Assembly: GCA_963701965.1 (NCBI GenBank)
Contig: OY969695.1
Span: 1,984,001 to 2,048,000, forward strand
DNA: 64,000 nt
Source of the DNA: an uncultured Gemmatimonadales bacterium
GTDB lineage: Bacteria > Gemmatimonadota > Gemmatimonadetes > Gemmatimonadales > Gemmatimonadaceae
Direction: 5' to 3'
In this document: positions 59,057 through 64,000 of the stretch, piece after piece
Layout: each line of letters starts with the position of its first letter
How positions within the stretch are numbered: position 1 is the first letter of the stretch
Notes under the pieces: model-generated
What the model was told of the DNA's origin: nothing
Database searches by the model: none
The model's input: the letters and a program-made list of their open reading frames with translations, nothing else
Translations under genes and position numbers: made by a program

Positions 59057-62051
59057 TTAGAACCCCGCCGAGACGGTGAAGTAGAACGTCCGCGACGGCG
59101 GATACGGCGCGAGGTCGACGCCGCGAGTGATCGCCTGCTGGCCGAAGTTCGAGACCTCGGGATCGTAGCCCCAGTAGTTCGTGATGACGATGAGGTTGCG
59201 GCCCGAGACGCTGAGCTGGACGCCGTGGGAGCCGAACAGGTAGCGGCTGTACTGCAGCGGGAAGATCATACGCCAGCTTGACCTCGCGCAGCTTGAGGAA
59301 CGTGGTGCTCTGCACGAATGGCGTGGCAATGCCCGTGTTGCAGTCGTTGAGCAGCTCGGTGCCGAAGGCGCCGTGGTCCACGAGACCGTTGCAGCCGTAG
59401 AGCGAGAGCGTCTGGTTCTGCGCGACGCCGCCTTTCTGCCAGTCCAACAAGCCGGTCAGCGTGAAGCGCGAGTACGTGAACGTGCTGCCGAAGGACCAGT
59501 CGAAGTCCGGGTTCGACCTGCCCCAAGCGGCGTCACGGCGAAACGAGCCGTCGGGCAAGATCGCCGTCTGGCCGATGATCTGCGAGATCGGCGCGGCCTG
59601 GCTGGACGAGGAACTCGCCGAAGCCCAGGCCGAATCCGGCGGTGCCCGGCCGGAAGCTCGGCACACCGGCCGGCAGCATGAGCACTTCGTTGTGCAACGT
59701 ATTGAACGATGTGTTGAACGTCCACGTGAAGTTCCGCGTCTGGATCGGGATCAACGTGGCGCCGATCTCCAGCCCTTCGTTCTGGAACGTGCCGCCATTG
59801 GCGATGATCTCGTTGTAGCCGCTCGACGGGGCGGGCGTCCGCGGGAGGAACAGATCGTAGGTGCGACGGTGGAAGTACGTCAACTCGAGGTCGACGCGAT
59901 GACTGACCAACCGGTCGATGTCGAACGCCGCCCTCGAACTCGCGCGTGCGCTCTGGCCGGAGGTCGGGCGCGCTGCGATCGCGGCAGTCGCGTCAGACCA
60001 ACGCCACCGACGCCGCCAATGGCGACGTTGTCGGCCAGCACGCTGAACTTCTGGCCGAAGATCGGCTGATTGCCCGTCTCGCCGTAGTCGGCGCGCAGCT
60101 TGAGTTCCGTGCCCGCGGCCAAACAGCTCCTTGAACCGGTACGCGGCGGCGACTTTCGGATAGAGATAGTACGCGCTGCCAAGGCTGTTGGCCGAGCTCC
60201 GCTCGGCGCGAATACCGGCTTCGATGTTCAGCCGCTCGTCGAACAGGTTCAGATCTTCCTGTCCGTAGAACGACAGCGTCCGCTCGACGGAGTTGAACTC
60301 GAACGGCGACGACGACCGAGCCCGCGTCGATGTTGGTCTGCGTGCCGACCAGATTCGACGTGAAGGTCCGGTGCTGATCGCAGCTGCCGGTCCTCGTACG
60401 TCATGCCCGAACGACGTCGTCGCCTTGAACAGGGTCGTCGACGGCGTGAAGGTGTGGATCGCGTTCAAGTTCCAGTTGTACTGCCGGCTCTCCGCCTGGC
60501 CCGGACCGACACGCCCGGCGTGGCCTGGTTGGCTTGCATGAAGACGTCGGCGGGCAGGACGACGTTGGTGCCCGTGGTTGAAGAAGTCCATCCCGCCGGC
60601 GGCGACGAGCTGCAACGAGTGGTGCTCGCTGTTGAGCGGCACCTGAATACGACGCGTGCGGCTGCTCGCCGACGAACCGGTTCGTCAGCGCGCTGTTGAT
60701 GCCGAGTGTCCTGGGTCTGCAGCGGGTTCGCGCCCTGATACGTGAACTGGTCGGCTGCGGATACGACCCGTTCGACAGCTGCGTCAACGGCTCGAAGCTC
60801 GGGATGTACGCAATGGCGTACGGCAGACTGGCGCCGTTGTTGTCGTTGTTGTTGAAGCCGCGGTCCTCGCGCGTGTGCGTGTAGACCATGCTCAACGATC
60901 CCTCGAAGCCCTTCGCCAGGTGCTGATTGAGGTTGAGGCGCAGCGACTGGCGATCGGCGGCCGTGTTCCGCTCGATGCCCCCGTTCTGCGTCAGGCCGCC
61001 GGAGAGGAAGTACTGGGTGTTGTCGTTGCCGCCCGAGAGGTCGAGCATCGTCTCGCTCTGGAGCGGCTTCTGGCCCGCGATATCCTGCAGTGATCGTAGA
61101 TCGGCAGCGCCCCGTTCACCAGGTACGGGGCGATCGTCGTGGGGGTGAGGCCGAATGCGGCGTCGGCTTGCGGGACCGTCCACGACTCGGACTCGGGACC
61201 ACGCAGGAGCTCCGAGAAGCCCGTCCGCTGGGTCACGTTGATCCGGAGCTTGCCGGCCTTGCCGCGCTTGGTCGTGATGACCACCACGCCGTTCGCTGCC
61301 TTCGACCCATAGATCGACGACGCCGCCGCGCTCTTCAGGACCTCGATCGACTCGATGTCGGCCGGGTTGAGGTCCGCCAAGCGGTTGGCGGCATCGTCTT
61401 CCTGGACCGCCGGTGGTCGGGTTCCCGCTCGACCCCGTGGCGTTGAACAACCCGGTCGGCGATCGTCTCGTTGCTGTAGATCACGCCGTCCACGACGAAC
61501 AGCGGATCCGAGTTGCCGATCGCGGTGCTGATTCCGCGAATCTGCACCTGCACGCCGCCGCCCGGTGCGCCCGAGTTCGTGCGGATGTCCGCGCCCGGCA
61601 CCTTGCCTTGAAGCGCGAGGTCGATCGTCTGGGCCGGCGCGTTCGTCAGCTCCGACGCCGAGACGACGTCGGTCGGCGTCGTGGCGTTGGCCTTCGTGGT
61701 TGTCGTCGCCTGACCGGTCACGACCACCTGCGACAGCTTCGTGGCCTCTTCGGTCAGCAGCACCTCGATGGTGCTGTCGGCAGCCCCGACGACGACCGTC
61801 TTCGGCTGATAGCCGATGGCGCGAATGAGAAGGGTTTGTTGGCCCGCGGGTGCGGTCAGACGGAACTTGCCACCGTTGTCCGCGCTCGCCCGCCCCGTGC
61901 CGCCCTGCACCAGAATCTGGGCCGCGGAGACCGGCTGCCGGTCGCTTTCGCGAACGACCGAGCCATTGATGTGCCGCTCCTGACCCTGCGCAATCAGAGG
62001 CGGCGTAAACGCGGTGAGCGCGAGTGCGATCCATACTATTGGACGCGCCAT
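59057..62051 (-). CDS. SusC/RagA-family TonB-dependent transporter (third pair), broken by many frameshifts (assembly errors or pseudogene)
   Basis: Successive fragments in different frames: signal peptide plus [40 protein letters not shown]; barrel pieces; [10 protein letters not shown]...[16 protein letters not shown]. Confidence 0.85.
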
Positions 62052-62197
62052 GAAGTCTCCCTGGGGGATGAGGGTGAAGAACGCGCTACATGCGCGTCTG
62101 CACTGCGTAAATCAATAGGCGGTTAAAATGGCCGCCCCGATACCGATAGGGCCACCGTCAGGCGTTCCCGCCCGGAAGTCAAGAAATCGTTCGAGAC

Positions 62198-62228
62198 TTG
62201 ACATACCCCCTGGGGGTACGCGCACCTT
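62198..62228 (+). promoter_or_regulatory. copZA promoter with palindromic metal-regulator operator TACCCCC-T-GGGGGTA
   Basis: TTGACA at 62198-62203 directly followed by a perfect 7-1-7 inverted repeat at 62204-62218. Confidence 0.75.
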
Positions 62229-62234
62229 TCCAGG

Positions 62235-62444
62235 GTGCAGCAGATCACTCTGACTATTGCCGGGATGAGCTGCGACCACTGCGTCGCCGCCGTCCGACGG
62301 TCCCTGGATGCCCTGCCGGGCGTACGCGTCGACACGGTCGGTGTCGGCGCCGCCTCGGTGACGTATGACCCCGCGCGCACCAACGTCGATCAGATGGCCC
62401 TCGCCATCGCCGACGAGGGGTATGAGGTGACGGACCGGCGATGA
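62235..62444 (+). CDS. copZ: Copper chaperone (HMA domain)
   Basis: GMSCDHC motif, 69 aa, ATGA overlap with the P1B ATPase gene. Confidence 0.88.
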   Translation: MQQITLTIAGMSCDHCVAAVRRSLDALPGVRVDTVGVGAASVTYDPARTNVDQMALAIADEGYEVTDRR

Positions 62445-64000
62445 CGCTCACGTTTCCAGTCACCGGGATGACCTGCGCCGCCTGCGCCGCGCGCATCCAG
62501 CGGGCGCTGGAGCGGGAGCCGGGCGTCGGCGAAGCGACGGTCAACCTGCTCCTGGAGAACGCGACGGTCGACTTCGACCCGGAGGCTACCGGGCCGGAGC
62601 GCCTGATCGCCGCCGTCCGCCGGACGGGGTACGATGCCGCCATGCCGGTGTCGCCCGCCACCGTCGTGGAGACGCAAGCGGCGCAGGAACGGGACGACGA
62701 GCGCGAACGCGTCGTGCTCCGGCGCAAGGCGGGCGTGAGCCTGGCGCTCGGCGCCCTGGCGATGATTCTGTCGCTGCCGCTCATGTCCGGCGCCGATCCC
62801 ATGGCGGGGTGGGTCAGCCGGCACCTCACGGCGACGGTCCACACGGCCGCGCCGTGGCTCTTCGCCATACCCCAGCCCGGGATCACCTATACCCTGCTGG
62901 GGCTCGCGCTCCTCGTCATGATCTGGGCCGGTGGCGGCATCTACCGCCGCGCGTGGATCGGGGCGCGCCATGGGTCGGCCAACATGGACACCCTGGTCGC
63001 CGTGGGCACCGGCGCGGCGTTCCTGTACTCGGTGACCGCTACGGTCGCGCCCGCACTCTTCACCAGCCGCGGACTGCCGGCCGACGTCTACTACGAAGCG
63101 GTGATCGTGATCATCGCGTTCGTGCTCACCGGCAACGCGTTCGAGGCCCGCGCCAAACGCCGCACGACCTCGGCCCTCCGGGCGCTGGCCAGCCTCGCGC
63201 CCCGGACGGCGCGCGTCCTGCGCGCATCCGAGGAGACGGACGTGCCAATCGACGCCGTGCGGCGCGGGGATACGATCGTCGTCCGCCCCGGCGAGCGGCT
63301 GCCCGTCGACGGCGAGGTCGTGAGCGGACGCACCGCCATCGACGAATCGCTGCTCACCGGCGAGTCCCGACCCAACCCCAAACAACCCGGCGATCGCGTC
63401 ATCGGGGGCAGTGTCAACGGTACCGGGAGTATCCGCTACCGCGCCACGACCCTGGGCGCCGAGAGCGTGCTGGCCCGCATCGTCGCCCTCGTGCGCGACG
63501 CGCAGGCGAGCCGCGCCCCAATCCAGCGCCTCGCCGACCGGATCAGCGGGATCTTCGTTCCGGCCGTGATCGCCCTCGCGCTCCTGACATTCCTCGTCTG
63601 GCTCGTGGCCGGCGGGCCCGGCGCCGTCGTCCACGCGTTGGCCTCGGCGGTGACCGTGCTCATCATCGCCTGCCCCTGCGCCATGGGCCTCGCGGTGCCG
63701 ACCGCGGTCATGGTCTCCACCGGCCGCGGTGCCGAACTGGGACTCCTCATCAAAGGCGGCGCCGCGCTCCAGCGCGCCGCGGACATCGACACCGTGGTGC
63801 TCGACAAGACCGGGACGCTCACCCTCGGCCAGGCCGTGGTCACCGACGTCGTCACGCTCGACGACGCGCCCGCCGAGGACGCGCTCCTCCTGGCGGCTTC
63901 ACTCGAGTCCGCCAGCGAGCATCCCCTGGCCGCAGCGCTCGTGCGCTCCGCGCGCGAACGCGGCGGCGTGCTGCAGGCGCCCGGCGCGTTCGCGTCGTTC
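62441..64000 (+). CDS. copA: Cu(I)-translocating P1B-type ATPase, partial (runs off the window end; absent from the ORF track)
   Basis: Translated by hand: GMTCAAC, ANMDTLV, YYEA, DESLLTGES, IACPCAMGLA, DKTGTLT, SEHPLA. Confidence 0.95.
   Translation, partial: MTLTFPVTGMTCAACAARIQRALEREPGVGEATVNLLLENATVDFDPEATGPERLIAAVRRTGYDAAMPVSPATVVETQAAQERDDERERVVLRRKAGVSLALGALAMILSLPLMSGADPMAGWVSRHLTATVHTAAPWLFAIPQPGITYTLLGLALLVMIWAGGGIYRRAWIGARHGSANMDTLVAVGTGAAFLYSVTATVAPALFTSRGLPADVYYEAVIVIIAFVLTGNAFEARAKRRTTSALRALASLAPRTARVLRASEETDVPIDAVRRGDTIVVRPGERLPVDGEVVSGRTAIDESLLTGESRPNPKQPGDRVIGGSVNGTGSIRYRATTLGAESVLARIVALVRDAQASRAPIQRLADRISGIFVPAVIALALLTFLVWLVAGGPGAVVHALASAVTVLIIACPCAMGLAVPTAVMVSTGRGAELGLLIKGGAALQRAADIDTVVLDKTGTLTLGQAVVTDVVTLDDAPAEDALLLAASLESASEHPLAAALVRSARERGGVLQAPGAFASF

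Noticed and set aside
1..64000. Prophage, IS or integrative element explaining the duplications
   Set aside because: No integrase, transposase, phage structural gene or tRNA attachment site recognised, and no obvious compositional shift by eye.

Overview
High-GC bacterial chromosomal segment. SusC/RagA-SusD/RagB pairs, a PadR plus duplicated permease, a BTAD regulator and DUF2911 suggest Gemmatimonadota or a similar lineage; this is inferred from gene content only. The most striking structure is a five-gene cassette present twice in tandem (1-5585 and 9220-17120): SusC-like TonB-dependent transporter, SusD-like lipoprotein, small secreted RskA-C-like protein, Met-rich three-domain multicopper oxidase (MCO), and His-rich LVIVD-like beta-propeller. 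Each copy has its own enzyme tail. Copy 1 is followed by a third MCO carrying the small protein as a fused N-terminal domain and by a Tat-exported oxalate decarboxylase. Copy 2 is followed by an alpha/beta esterase and an S9-like peptidase lacking the canonical Asp/His. The middle of the window is mixed housekeeping and accessory genes (vapBC, PLP enzymes, SixA/CHAD-CYTH, CLC, MCP, GT4 and others) with a 14-15 bp VNTR. The right end holds a third, heavily frameshifted susCD locus coupled to an FAD oxidoreductase, and a divergent copZ-copA operon with a palindromic operator. No rRNA, tRNA, CRISPR array, integrase or transposase was recognised. Several single-base frameshifts suggest uncorrected long-read errors, so pseudogene calls are provisional. 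All family assignments come from motif recognition by eye, not database searches.
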